Of a DNA stretch of 64,000 nt, positions 20,986 to 34,801 are shown in pieces; positions within the stretch are counted from its first letter, which is position 1; each line of letters opens with the position of its first letter. Origin of the DNA: Nemertoderma westbladi (Eukaryota; Animalia; Xenacoelomorpha); the NCBI GenBank assembly GCA_032718475.1, contig JAUCBJ010000187.1, positions 71,482 to 135,481 on the forward strand, in the 5' to 3' direction. The notes under the pieces were generated by a model, which saw only the letters and a list, made by a program, of their open reading frames with translations, made no database searches and had not been told where the DNA came from. Made by a program: the position numbers and the translations under genes.

Positions 20986-23900
20986 TTACTCTAGTTTATA
21001 GGTTAGACTACTTGGCCTAACTCGTTGTTGCCCATAGTTACCAGAACGTTCCCTTGCCAGTTCTAATAAACAAAGGCGGCCGGTTGGTCGATTGAAATAG
21101 TGTACTTTGGGTTTAAATGGAGGGTGATAGTAGTCAACTCTTTTCTTTGGGGGTGCCGCTTCTGACTGCGTCATGGGTTTGTCTCTAAATCCTCTTGCAA
21201 GGTATACAATTCCGCAATGTTTGGTCCAGAGCCGCACTAGGGTTGACTAAATAGTAGTGCATCAATATATGTTCTCTCCCGGTGTGATATAGTCTGTAGT
21301 GGACGTCCTGTATCAACTTAGTTTGAATTTTGGGATCGGATATTAATATTGGGAACATAGTGTCTCTAGAAATAGGAGCGTTAGCAAGATAACCTCCGAC
21401 ACGAATTGATCCATTAATTATAGTACTTGAGAATTTATCCAACAATGGAGTCAAAGGATTGGCACTGAGTTGATGATATTCCTCAGGTCTCTCAAGTTTC
21501 TGTGAAAGTCGTAACAGTTGTAAATTAGATTTATCAACTTCAGTGGGTGACAAGCCTACTACAGGTATATTATTCGTACTATAATCTGTAGTGGAATAGT
21601 TGTTTCAGAATAGTTATAGCCCTACATAATTTATCCCATGAGCTATAATGGTTCATGGCGCGGGCTATCAGTGGGGATAGACCTACTTCAATATTAGGTA
21701 AGTCTGATTGATTTTGATTAATTGGGGTGGTGTCTGAGACAGCTTCAGTCCGGGAGTGAATACTCAAAAGGGGGTCTGAGTTTGGGATGTCCAATTTGTT
21801 TACATAATTATTGGTTACCGTGTCAATGGATTCTCCATATTCATCCGTATTAAATCGGAATGTCGGTTGATTGTTGTCGCTGGATTTACTGGATTCACTG
21901 CAAAATTTTGAAAACTTTGCCCCAAAATCGGGTCCTCTCACCGCGAATTCCTCCTCTTCCACAATATAACTGGGTTTAGGAGAATGGATGTAATTAGTCG
22001 ATGTTTTCTGAATGAATGTGGTTAGTTGATTTGTATCCCTGTATTATGTTCAGGGTTTTTAACATTGGGTGAGATAGGAGGGTGTGATATATTTTCAGCT
22101 TCAACGCCATTTATATTGGCTGCTCTCTTTAAGATCTGGTACTCAGGAGAGTATGGATTCCTGATAGCAGCAACGTTATTCGAGGCTAGGAGGTCCTGAG
22201 AATTAGCCAACTTTTGATGTAGCTCTTCCAGAACCTTAGCAGCTTGCACAGATTCACCTTGCATTTCCTGCAAGCGTCAACGCTGCATAATCCGTGATTG
22301 CTCATTGTTGGCGGCTTCGTCATGTAGTTGCTTTAAATGCAGCTGTAATTGTTGCCATTGCTGTTGCTGCTTTTCCAATGCTTGCTGATTTTGTTCATTC
22401 ACCATCTCTCGTTGTTTATTTAATCGATTTAATTCAAAATCGATATTATTTAATTGTTTCATTTTATTATTTACTGCCTCCTGCATAGCTTGCAGATTTA
22501 ATGATGATTCATTTAATCTTTCCCTATAGAGGGAATCCTCATTCGCCAAGGCGACCCTATTTATCGCCCCAGTGGGTCCGCCATCCCTCATCGACTCAAC
22601 CGAGCCGATGGACACGACCGGCCTGGAGGCGGCATTGTCCATCACGGGAGTCGATGATGGGGGACAGGCTAGGGCCCTGGGCGTGAGTGTTCAATGGGTG
22701 GGTGAAGGCAGTGCTAGACATTCTATCAATGGGTATTGGGATTGGTCACGCCTGTTTGGGTTGTACTGTAGGCGTAACTATTCTATCCCCATATACTGTA
22801 GAAGTTTTAGGCTGCAAACTCGCTGCCCAATTACTTTCTACAGTAGTTGTCGAAATACCAATGGGTGTAAATTTGGTTTCAGTCACCATAGCCGAAGATG
22901 TTGCATTTGGCTCCTTCACTTCGATCTCCTTAAGTATTTCGTCTTGTTGCTTCTTTGCTTGCTTTCTCTTTTGCTGAGTTTGAAATTCGAATTCCTTCGC
23001 TTCCCTTCTGCGTTTATATTCCTGTTCCTCCTGTTCACATTTACTTTCCTCTTGTTCCAACTTGAGTTCATGTTCCTCTTGTTCCAAGTTGAGTTCACGT
23101 TCATATTCCTCCCGTAAGCGTTCGTCTTCTGCCTGATCCTGTAGTTGTTTCAATTTATCTTTATTTTTGTCCAGGTCTTGGTCCATCGTCAGTCTTCGTT
23201 GATGTTCCATCTCTATTTCATTATGGGTATCCTTTAGGATCCCCTTACTTATGGAGCTGGACGGAGGATGACCACAAAGTCTTCTTATTAATTCTTCTTC
23301 TCCCACTTGCTTTATGTAATCTCCGAGGTGTTTACGGATCGCATCTTCTTGTCCCGCTTGAGTCGCGGGTTTGGTTTGCATGTACCTTTCAACATCTTGG
23401 GTATCGATCAGGGATGGGTGGTCAGAATCTAGAGTTTCAGGATTAGGGAGTTCGCCTTGGAAGGAGAGACAGGTACGCGCTGAAAGAGCGAATTTTACTA
23501 TGTTGTCATTGGCTGCAGTTTCTATCACTGTGGCTCCAGTCTGGATAGCAGACTGATATAAGGCGGAGAGGATTATTCTGATGCGGACTATTCTCTCTTT
23601 TATGTCATAAAAAAGTGATGGAGGATGGACTATATTTGGGTCCCGTAAGGTGGTTTCAAAACTGGTGATTTGCTTAGCAAAGCCGGTCTGAAATCCTCTC
23701 AGTGTCCTTCCCACTTTACTAAGGTCAGTGGGATCGGTTGGTACTCTCAATGCCGTCAGTTCTTCAGAGGTGGCAGAATGTAATGGAAAAAACTTATCCA
23801 AAGCTGGAAAGTTATAATATCGCAATACAGCCTGTTTCATCTCTGTGACAGACATAGACAGTATTTGAGTCTTAGTCCCTTTTTCAGAGGCCCAATAGCT

Positions 23901-24287
23901 ATCAATGGCCCTTAGTAGGCCGATTAATAAACCTGGGGAAGGGGCCATAAGTGGGTCCATTCCCGACGGCAGGTTTAAACCTGTGGCTGTGTCGACTTCC
24001 GTCCGGTCTAAGTCTGAGGTCGCAGTCACTTGCGGTCGGTCAGATTGTAATTCGAGGCCAATAGTGGGTTGGTTAGTTCTGGTGACAGCGGGTGGTCGAT
24101 TTCGTTTTGAGGGCATAATGCGGTTAGTCGCTTGATTCGAACTGGAATATTCCGGCTCGGGCAATTCTCTACTCGGAGATCTGTCCGGGTCGGAATGTGC
24201 TGGTCTCGCAGTCAAGTTAAGATTGGAGGTGTGGTCGCTGAGAGAGCTGTCTGAGGCGCTCTTGTTGATACTTGAACGATAACACAT
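20986..24287 (-). pseudogene. Internally deleted BEL/Pao element 'D': fragmented gag N-terminus, integrase Zn-binding region, pol C-terminus
   Basis: IRVGGYL..FPILI..H...HTG..CIPC (BEL integrase N-terminus); NRPTGRLCLLE terminal motif; gag motif DYIKQVGEEELIRRL matches DYQRFLGDEELRRRL of element C. Confidence 0.8.
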
Positions 24288-24980
24288 TTTGTTACATTTT
24301 ATTTTGAAAGACTGTATTTTTATTAACCCTTTAAATAATTATTATGTCTTCCCTTTATTATCGACGATTTATTGTAACACTAATAATATATTATAAATAA
24401 TTATTACAATCGCACCCAATAAATAACACAGAATTAAATTGATTAATTCAGTCCACAAGTTAATTACCGGTAAATAATAAATATACGACCGGTAATTTAT
24501 TTGTTAGGAATAATGCCGTGATAAATATTCTGATTCACCGCTGGGTGGGAGAAACTATCAAGTTTAACTCGCTACAAGCAATGTTATGCAGTGACAGAGG
24601 AATGAATTACCCCCTATTGGGTTAAGGGTAAGATAGTAGTACACAACACAAGAAGGTAGTATAAGCAAGGCAGTAAACTACCACTATAGGGTGTATACTG
24701 TAAGCTACCTTCACATGCAACACATCCAATCAAAAGGATGGTTTGAGGCTAGCAAGCTGAGATAATGTTTCCTATGTTGTAATACAGCCTACCTATTAGC
24801 AGCAACCAACCAAGCAGGGGAGTGTAAGCTCAGGCTGTAGTCAAGGGTTACGCAGAGGTAGGACAGTCATATGACCTAATATCGCTTGTAGAAATGACAA
24901 ATAATTCCACCCAAGAAATATATTGGTTTTTGGAATATTACGCTGACAAAGATCCAAGCTGTAAATATCGGATCTAATGG

Positions 24981-25574
24981 GAAAATATAAGAGCTGAAAT
25001 GTTAAATAGCTCAATGATATGTATGTGGGGCGAGCCACGAAGTTGGCGGAGCCTTAGCGAATTGACACTGTTAGGGGGTGGGTCAATTTATGCAAATAGT
25101 TGTCGTCGTCGTCGTCGTCGTCGTTGTCGTCGTCGTCGTTGTCGTCGTCGTCGTTGTCGTCGTCGTTACGATTTTGACATGCTAATAACTTTGTCGGATT
25201 TAAAGCTGCCAAGTTGAAAATTTGTAGGTATCAATATGAGCAAAAGTTGAGATATTTGAGAGACTTTCAGACACCATCAGTGCAATGGTCTCCCGCTAGA
25301 GGGCCACATGTCTAAACATTAAATGCCCTCCCATTTCTTTGCTTTTAATCCGTTTAAGCTGAAACTTGGCAGATATGTATTAGACCATTAGCTGTGACTT
25401 TCAAGGGAGGCGAATCCATCTGCAGTTCTCCAGTCTGCCGCTAGAGGGCCAACGTGACTATTTGCATAAATTGACCTACCCCCTAACAGTGTCAATTCGC
25501 TAAGGCTCTGCCAACTTCGTGCTGCGCGAAGTCCCCACTTCGTGTATATCAGTTAAATGTTCCTTTTATATTTA
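24981..25574. mobile_element. Foldback/MITE-like element with 65-bp inverted repeats, (GTC)n microsatellite and two CTCF-like motifs
   Basis: IR 25036-25100 versus 25457-25521; (CGT)n at 25100-25168; CCGCTAGAGGGCCA at 25293 and 25438. Confidence 0.7.
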
Positions 25575-26626
25575 TTATGGAATAATAATCTTGGAATAAA
25601 ACCTCACAACTTACAAAAATAATATAAAACGTTACTTATACCTAAAGTACCTACGTTACAAGAAGTGGTGTAAACTTAGAGTTTACTTTAATGTAGTACA
25701 CGTAAAAACAAAATTGGCAGAACAATAAGACTGTGGGAATTTACCAGGGGATTTGTAAAACGTTTCGAACATTTAGGGCGTCGAAACCAGTCAAGAGACA
25801 AACGTTAATAGCACAAATAAAAACATTAGATACGGTTAGTAGAATGCGCCCCCGCGATTGTCGTAAAATACGCTACCTTGGTGGAGAGGGCCCTTTCCCT
25901 GCAAGAAAACAGGCGCGGTAGCTACCAAGATAAAGCGCCGTCCCAGATTGTGAGAACCCTATACCCATGACCTAGGCACATTGTAGTACATCTCAGCAAC
26001 TGCCCAGACGATTTTCTTGAAATTTGCACACGACCTGCGCCGCGGTTCCATATAACCCTATACCAAATTTCAAATAAATTCATAACTTAGGGGCCGAGTG
26101 AGAATGTTTTAAAGTTATTAAAAATTAATAAAAACTATTAGAAATATATCTTGCCGATATCTGATTGGGAAGAGCACCGAGGCAGTTCGCTGGTAGAATT
26201 AATTCAGAGTTGGCTTGGCAACCATAATACAGTAGGTAGGTAGACCTGCTAGTACGCTGTTATCTCAGTAGTAATATGGCCCCCATCTAATGTGTACTAT
26301 TTATAGACAATTTGATTTAATGATAACCACAGTGTCTGACTACTGGGGTTGTTTAATGACGGATGTTATACTATAGCCAGTCTGCCCAGCAATACACATA
26401 TCCATTATATGAACAATGTTTACAGTTAATCTATTGAATGGGGCTAATCAGTAGTGGTTAAATGATGCGAATTATAATGGTAGTGGCAAAGCAGTACATA
26501 TGTACACTCTAGTCCAAAATCAGTCGATCTCAGGAACTGCAGATACGATTTTTTTTTAATTTGCACACAATATGAAGGGGGGTACCAGAAATACGTGTAC
26601 CAAATTTCAAGTAAATTGATCAATTT

Positions 26627-26960
26627 ACTAATATATTTATAATTAAAAAGGTAGTAAATTTCGCTATTTAAGAAAACTATAGGTCCTATAGGAAAATGAT
26701 GAAATTCAAAGTTGTAGATAATCATCCGCGTAGCCCATCGGTGGAATAAAATTTTGACTTTATTTATAACTAATATATTTATAATTAAAAAGGTAATAAA
26801 TTTCGCTATTTAAGAAAACTATAGGTCCTATAGGAAAATGATGAAATTCAAAGTTGTAGATAATCATCCGCGTAGCCCATCGGTGGAATAAAATTTTGAC
26901 TTTATTTATAACTAATTTATTTATAATTAAAAAGTTTATAAATTTAACTATTTAAGTAAA
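26627..26960. repeat. 142-bp tandem duplication (about 2.3 copies)
   Basis: Near-identical units start at 26627, 26769 and 26911 (partial). Confidence 0.9.
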
Positions 26961-27529
26961 TAATCCGAAACGTTTATTTCCGAAATGTTTAATTGTACAA
27001 TGCGAATTCGAATCTACCAATTATTTTTTGGAACGATTAGAAGACCACCGGGGCTACATGTTTAGATTATGATTTATTTGTTCCAGAACGTTGTTGAAGG
27101 GTGGGTGGGCAATTTGGTGCTAGTGAATATTTAGAGTTCATTTATTTAGCTCAAAATGCTTAGAATTCTCAAGTTGTTTACATTGATATCACAATTTTGA
27201 AAGAAATATTTATCAAGAAGGTCAAAACTGAAGCCATTCTCGGACGTCCGCTCTTGGTCTCTTAGTATATTTACTCGAGTATAGGGCATGAGCGAACTAT
27301 TGACGGGCTAAGATCGCATAAAGTGGTTCCGATCGACTGAAAAATTCGAACTAATAAGTCTGTACTGGGGGTAAGTCGATAAATAGCAGTTCGATACATG
27401 GTTGAAGAAACGAAAGTGCCCCACGATTCATCCAGAGACTATGTTGTGGATATTTTTGATGGGCCAGTAGTACGTCTGCGCTTTAATTCCGTAAAACCAA
27501 GTAGCAAGCAAACATTCGGCCGAAGCCGG

Positions 27530-27737
27530 AGGTGACCCGAAGGCTCCTCTTTCGATAGCTGCTACCCGAGGGTAGGGGTGGGCGCTACTCCTATACCAAG
27601 ATTTGCTCCCAGTTATTTAACTGGTACTCATTTTATCGACCCCAGTGGATGAAACGCTGAGTGGACCCAGGCAGGGCTGAACCTACAACCAATAGATTGC
27701 AGGCCCGGTGCTCAACCAACTGAGCTAGCGCGCTAGA
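27530..27737 (-). mobile_element. tRNA-derived SINE with conserved central domain
   Basis: TAGCTCAGTTGGTTGAGC A-box, then ACTCAGCGTTTCATCC..GGGGTCGATAAAATGAGTACCAG, resembling from memory the central domain shared by Sauria-type and many invertebrate SINEs. Confidence 0.65.
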
Positions 27738-29199
27738 ACCAAGTATAAGTAAAAACCAAGTATGAAAGCTAATTTGTCGGGAATAAAGTGATATCTCCCC
27801 CCACAAGGTAATAAACAACTTTATGTGTTCCAATAATGGAAATAGAAATAAGATAGGGGTTAAAATGAGGCCTACAAAACAATTAAGCATTTACTTAATA
27901 TACTATGAAGCCAAGCAATCAGATACCGGTAATTCACAACAGGCAGACTTGCAGTAAGATTTTTTATGGTAAATATGAGATTCCGTCTATTATCTGACCC
28001 GACCAATCTAGAAATATTGCAGTGGGAATTTACCTATTGTACCCGACTTGCAGTAGAAAACGAACGTCTACGCCTTGCAAGGTCCACCAACACATAGGGC
28101 GCTATCACGTAATGTTCAAAACTCACCAATACGTGAAAGCAAAAAACAACAAATAAACCAACTACAAATAACGATATATAAAGTACCCTTTTACACACTC
28201 TGGTTATACACCAGTAAATAAGTTTATCAAATACTTGCAGAATACTTACCAAAAAATACAATAAACGGGATCAGTGTTTACAATATAAATCGATAAATAT
28301 TTATGCTCCAAATTCCTACCAATTACGATGGCCGATCGAAATTAGAGAAAATAAACACACCAATAGAACAAATAAGCAAATCAAAACACTCAAGGGGGGT
28401 TGAGAGTCAGTTATTACTGTTAGTGCATTGGACCAAAAATATGTTCTTTCAATCTCTATTTCGTATATTGTGACCTTTTACTGACTGTGCCGAAATACAT
28501 GCAGATAAGCTATAACCGTCTAGTCTGATACAAAGAACGGAATGGCGCTAGTATGTATCAATGTACACTATGCTCAATGTATCTGTTTATTCTACCCCTT
28601 TTTCCCTTTTTATGTATTGATTTGCTCTATATTTCATTTAGTTCAATACGGTATTTGATTATCTATTGTATGTAACTGAGATATGATACCGGGAGGGTGT
28701 GGGTGTAACAAGCAAATGACTGACTAATTAATTCTGTAAGGACTCAAGTCTGGCAGCTGTGTTTCTCTTTAGGGGAAACGTATTGTATCTTGTCTTTGGT
28801 CTAATTATATTGATATCGCTACATTATTCAATTTGTGACAACTCTCAATCATGATACAATTAATAATAAGAGCCAAAATGGTCTGAGATATCACCATATA
28901 TTAATTATTTAGTAAATCAGAGGTACGACGACACACAAATCTGATGCAATTGTCCAGATTATCACTAATACTTAGTTATAGTGACCCACCTGTTGTGGCG
29001 TGTGTAAAACTCTCTTGATTCCGTAATATCGGCGATATATTAAGCAAATAATAGTAGTAAATTGACTTTACTAGCAGAATATCAATTAAATAAATAATAA
29101 AATTAAATAATTAAATAAATTAAATAAATTATTGTTAATAATTGAATTATATTATAATTCAATTATTAACAATTGACTTAGAAGTTTAAAAGTTTAAGT

Positions 29200-30060
29200 T
29201 TAAGTTTATCTCTTTTATTCATTAAAACTCATAGTTATGATAAATAACACATGAGGCAGTCTACATTAAGAGTAGACTGATAATCAAAATGAATAAGCGT
29301 CGTAGGGCCAAGGTGTTGCTTCGCAGCACCTGTACGTACAGTATGTAAGCTACTATAAAGTAATATACTTAAATTCAAGCTAACCAATTATAGCACAAAC
29401 AAATTATAATAACTGAATAAAACATATGTAAATTTATATTAGCATCTATCCTGCATATTTGGTTTGGTATATTTTCCATAATTTCGCCTTGAATATTAAT
29501 AATGAAGCAGCACCCGATACATTTAACGGTAGCTTATTCCATAATTTTATGAGGGATACTATGAGGTTGTCATGGCCATGTTTGTTTTTCATTTTAGGTA
29601 TGACTATATATGTTATATTGGTATGACTATATATGCGTTGGTTAATTTTCTGATTTTTGTTTGAATGAAAGGGTATGTTTAAATTTTGGTAGGTGTTACG
29701 ATATATGACGCTGTGTACTGAAGCAGCCCACTATACAGTATAAAGTATTTTAGATAAGTCATAATAATGTATGGCCATGATTAGATAGGGACGATAAAAT
29801 ATCCAAGTTTATATATTTCATCCGTTTTTGTACAGTATGTAGTTTGCGTATGTAATTTTATAATAAAATCTTAGTAAATAACATTTATGGTGGCAAACTT
29901 TCATAAAACCTTAATACGAATTTGCCGTTTATCAATATTGACTGAATTAATTGTGTATTTGTGTTAATTTCATTTATATTTCTCCCTAAATTGGCTTTAT
30001 ATCGAATTTATGCTTAATGTGCTTTAATAATCGCGAAATTAATGTTATGGCCAGCAACCT
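29200..30060 (-). mobile_element. Degenerate 3' fragment of a CR1/L2-group LINE
   Basis: Minus-strand translation IKLWNKLPLNV..LLIFKAKL is typical of a LINE ORF2 C-terminus; boundaries approximate. Confidence 0.5.
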
Positions 30061-31389
30061 ATAAGCCCACCGGGACAGAATTCATTACCATATATGGTAA
30101 TAATTTGTGAAATAGTGGGAAAGTGATCACAACCCGGCTTCCCCATTGGCCCAGATGTTCTAGGTTAGTCTAATGGTGGCATGGTTTGCTGGACCAATGA
30201 AAAGATTATTGCGTCATCCCTATTTCGTCAGCTATAAATTTGCAGTGCTTCAGTATCTTGTACCCCCCCCCCCCCCGTTGAAACGTTTATCTCTTACCTG
30301 TCTTCGTATATTTTTGCATCGGTACATCAGTATTGCATGTTTTGATAAATGTTTTAAAATTCTTTGCTATTTCTTTCTTCTAATTATGTAAATCGTTGAT
30401 TACTTCTTGATTACAATTTCGAATAATGATTTCTGCATTGACTCGATTTCTTAAATCTATGTAATTGAGATGTGATAATCCTTTCGACTATCAGACTGTT
30501 TGTGAACGCATGCGTCGATATGGTAGCTATTTGTTTTAGTATGGAGGGCTAAAGGTACCGGTAGGCGTGGCGGGCGCACCGGGGAAGCGACAAAGGGAAG
30601 TGTGGAGGATCCATGTGGGGCAACGCTGGCGGGGGCCACTGTTGCGGTCGGGCTAATCAGTTAAGGACCGGGGACCTGTCATCAGTACAGTATTTGGGGG
30701 CTGACGATCCAGACTTCGTCTCAACCTTGTAGCGCTAGGGGGTAGGATTATGGTTTAGTTAGGAGGCCTATGTGTGGCTTTGGGTGGCCTTTGCTTCTTA
30801 CACTAGTATACTAGTACATTGCTACACTAGCAGACTGGTATTTCTAGCGCTTTAGTCGACACTAGCTGACTGGCGCTGCTAGCGCTATCTGCCATACTAT
30901 TAGCTTTATTGCTACGCTATTTGTGTTGCATTGCTAAAGAGTGCCTGATTCTTGAATGTGAATGCTTAGATAGGCGCTGTTTTCTTGATTGTTTCCATTT
31001 CTTAGTTTATACTTATTAATTGCTGATTAGGTCAAAATAATACAGTATTTAGGCTGTTGCTAGTATAACCCAGTACGTAATAAATTAGAAGTACGTATTC
31101 TGGAATACTTAGTAATTTGTATGCAAATTCGTATTTATGACACTGTAGTAATTTAGCAATGTTAGAATAAAATAAAGAATTTGTACGCAGCATAGCGGAG
31201 AGTAGTTTGGGTAATTATTTTAGAATACCATAGACTATCTAACGCTAGGCGGTTATTTGAAAATAGTGAGGCAACGGGCTGATAGCGGTAGCTAGTATAC
31301 AGTAGTAAATTCGCTGGTCTAAAGCCAGCTGAAGGCCAAGGTTTGACATTAAGAAAATAAACAGATTTATCCCTTTATAATATTAAAAT

Positions 31390-32634
31390 TGTACGCGCTT
31401 TTGAAGACCTTTAGCAGTTTAACCTGCCAAAATTTATATGTCTTTTGGTTTATAAATATACTTTAGAAGATGACAAATATTTAATACCAATAAACACAAC
31501 ATTAGCAGAAGCCAGCCTAGTGCGCGTCCATTCACCCGCTGGATATTCCCGGGAGACTGGATTCTGAGGGCTTAGATTATTATTGCAGTGTAAGCTTACT
31601 GTACTGTATTATTCGATTGATCGTTAATAATTAATTTCTGACTAATATTATTCACTTTCGGGAAATATTAACAGTTCCTTTAGGACGTGGCGCTCTATCT
31701 AGGTAAACAGAGATATGACTTATACTAATCACAACGGTAAGTCGGTAAGGCTTATGATTCACGTATGAGGCGCATTCTTTAGGAAATGCTTAGTTATCAA
31801 TCACAATCATGCACACTACCGGTAACACACAATACTGCCCACTAATTTGCCGACCGTCAATGATTTTTATCATATATAAAGCGAACAGCAATTGACTCAT
31901 GTAGGGCTTACCAAATAGCATTAAATTCACTACAAACCACAACAATATAAGTCGCAATCGCTATATATAACCCGTCTCTCTAACCTGTAGTGTATCAAGA
32001 AAATTGGGAAATTTGGGTTCCTTATATATGTTCTCCAAATAATATTCAACCAAAACACAACAGTAAACAGCATTAAGACGGTAGGTTAAGATATGATATG
32101 ACAATGTATGTGCCGATTGAGTCGATAACAGTTATACGCTCTATAATCTTAAGCCTACTAATGTTTCTTCTAAAGTATGAAAACGAATTGACTCTAGAGC
32201 CGTTGTTCCTGGCCTAGATAGCAATGACACAACAGTATCACAAAAAACAGTAAGACTGAACACTCTCCTTATGATCGGCCGAAAAGCTACACATCGACAG
32301 GAAAAATCGCTCTGATTGGCTCAAGCCAAACAAAGAACCATGCGTCCAATGGCTGTTTCCATGTCAGCAACCAGCTGTTAGATGTCGTAATATGAATCAT
32401 CACGGATAAGCTGTGAAAGGTATTTGGTGCATTGCAGGTTTTTTGCCTTACCATGTCCGCTAAAACACGTATATAGCAGAATGACTTTTATGTCCGTTAA
32501 AACACCTGTAACGGTACCTTGCGGGCGAAGGGAATATATGTACAGTTAGAGAACCTTTTAGAGTATTCCAGCGCCTGGGGGGAAACTGGATTGCGAAGCA
32601 ATGGGGCCAGTTATATCCCACAGAAGCTTTTACA
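31390..32634 (-). repeat. 3' LTR of element C
   Basis: Near-identical to 43352-44596 (two substitutions noticed by eye). Confidence 0.95.
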
Positions 32635-32712
32635 CCGCTCCCAGAAAATGGGATTTGAGTCTATAAAATATACAAAATCACAGTTTCTAATATACGTAAA
32701 TACTCTAAACAG

Positions 32713-34170
32713 TTAGTCTTTCTTGCGCGGACGGCGTTTACGCAGTTTTTTAAAGCTGGCCAGAGTCTTTTTCTCTTTGGGGCGAGCCACTTTATAAGGA
32801 GGGCTATAACTCCTGGGTGAAGGGTGCAATATGATTGCATCAGAGGGTGTAGGATTATGGTCGGTGTATCCGCCAGTCGAAGTGCCGGGTTGATTGACAT
32901 CAACGTCGGGGGAGAGGGGTTTAACGGCCTTGAGAGCGCGTTTTAGGACAGCCGCTCTGACGGGTCCTCTACGAGTGGTCTGAACAAGAGCCGTGGGTGG
33001 ACCATAGGCAGTCAGAAACCTCCTGGGTTTAATGGTTCTTTCCAACTCGCGTTCGCGGGCTCGGTATTCGTAAGGTCGTCGATACACTTCCTGTAACTCG
33101 GGGTGTGAGTTAACAAATAAGTCTCCATAGTCTGGATCCTGACGGATATAATTGATTAAGTTATAGGAATGAAGGTCGCTAGGATTAACACTCCTGAGAA
33201 ATTTGCGTACGAATTTGGTTGAAATACATTCTCCGACGCGCTTCAGTAGTTCGTAACTCGATATGCGTGATTTCTGTTCGACAGAAGTGAATAGATAAGG
33301 ATGGAACGCATAAACTCCTTCGTAAGCGCGTCCAGGATAATAGCGATGGCGCGAATCACAATGTAAATCAGCGTTCGCTTCCCAAGCTCTGATGTAACGT
33401 AGTATGATCATTGCATCTACGCTTTCCAAATCGTGATTAAAAGGGCAATCGAAACTGGCGTGTCCCTTTAGTTGACAATGGTGACATTGAGTCATAAATT
33501 GAGGGCAAACCGCAAAAATGTGCAAGTTATTGAGTCTGCAATACGCACAATAAATTTCCATCACCGGTTGTTCGTGGAAATAGGAACAGCGGACGTTTGT
33601 GTCCATGGGCGTAACATGGTCTCTCGATGCGCATAACCGACAATGTTGCCGAGAAACATAGTTGGCATGGCGATAATCGTACGCAGTGAGACACTGTGGA
33701 CCTTGATACCATTCTAGGATGTAATCGTTGTCGCTGTTCCGGGCGCGATAGGCTGAATCTCCTCAGATTCTAGACATATTGGTTCGTCTTCCCAGTCTGT
33801 TACGAATAGAATTTTCGTGATCTATTCTCGGTTTATCGTTACGACTCCGCTGGGTATGATATTTAAATAGAACCATTTCCCTTTCGGTGTCTACATCGTC
33901 CGTATCATGTAAATCGATAGGATGGCCGGTAGTTAGGAAGTCCATATACGTACTATTACGATGCGTATAGCGAGCGGTGAATTTTCGATAGTCCAATTCA
34001 TGCGTAAGTTGCTCTTGGGACATCGGCGGTTCGATATAACGACCATCGTCCTCCATAATGGTTGGATCGGTTTCACCGCGTATCAAGCTATCCACAAATG
34101 CTTGTAAATGTAGAGTATATCGCTCCCTGATACCAAGATCATCTTCTATCAACTCTGTTATATCTGCTAT
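32713..34170 (-). pseudogene. Accessory zinc-knuckle gene of element C with ~1.2-kb internal deletion and ATG>ATA start
   Basis: Homolog of 12364-15015; the junction near 33790 fuses ENSIRNR to EDEPICLE out of frame. Confidence 0.85.
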
Positions 34171-34801
34171 CTGAGTTTATTAATATTGTAATGAGTTTAT
34201 GTTTAGGCGAGCGGGCGTCGCTGCCTACCTCTCTTCGCCCCCGGACAGTGGGATTCTCAGCGCCGATGTACCGTCGTCGCGGTGTTTATGCCAACATGTA
34301 GCAACAGCACGACAACGATAACCGGCACAAGTCACTCCACTGTCCGTCCCAAAGGCTTGAATCCACTTTAGGTTCTTTCTATAGGAGAGTTGGGCTACTT
34401 TCACAATTGCGACTAGCTACTGTAAACATACTTTAGCAGTAACATTCACCTACAAACGCACAAATTCCACACAACTGTCACCAATTGTACACATACAGGC
34501 CATTTGTCCGTTAGTCAGTGCCTTCCAGAATGTCACGTTATTACTGTGTATCCTTGGATACTAACAGTGTGCTATGTATTCTCTATGCTATGCAATGGGA
34601 CAAGCTTTCTATTGTTCTTTTAACTTGCTTCTAATTCTAGCGTGGGTGTTGCTATGGTGACATTATGGAATGCTAGCGGTAGAATTAGGGTAATTCTCAT
34701 GCATACAGATCTGGGATGCTATTTAATAATAATTCTTTAATTGTCAATATCCTCTCTATGTATGATTTTATTAATTTTATCGGCTATTGACTATATGTTG
34801 G

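Noticed and set aside
24999-25217. Arg-rich protamine-like ORF
   Set aside because: Translation of a (CGT)n microsatellite inside a MITE.
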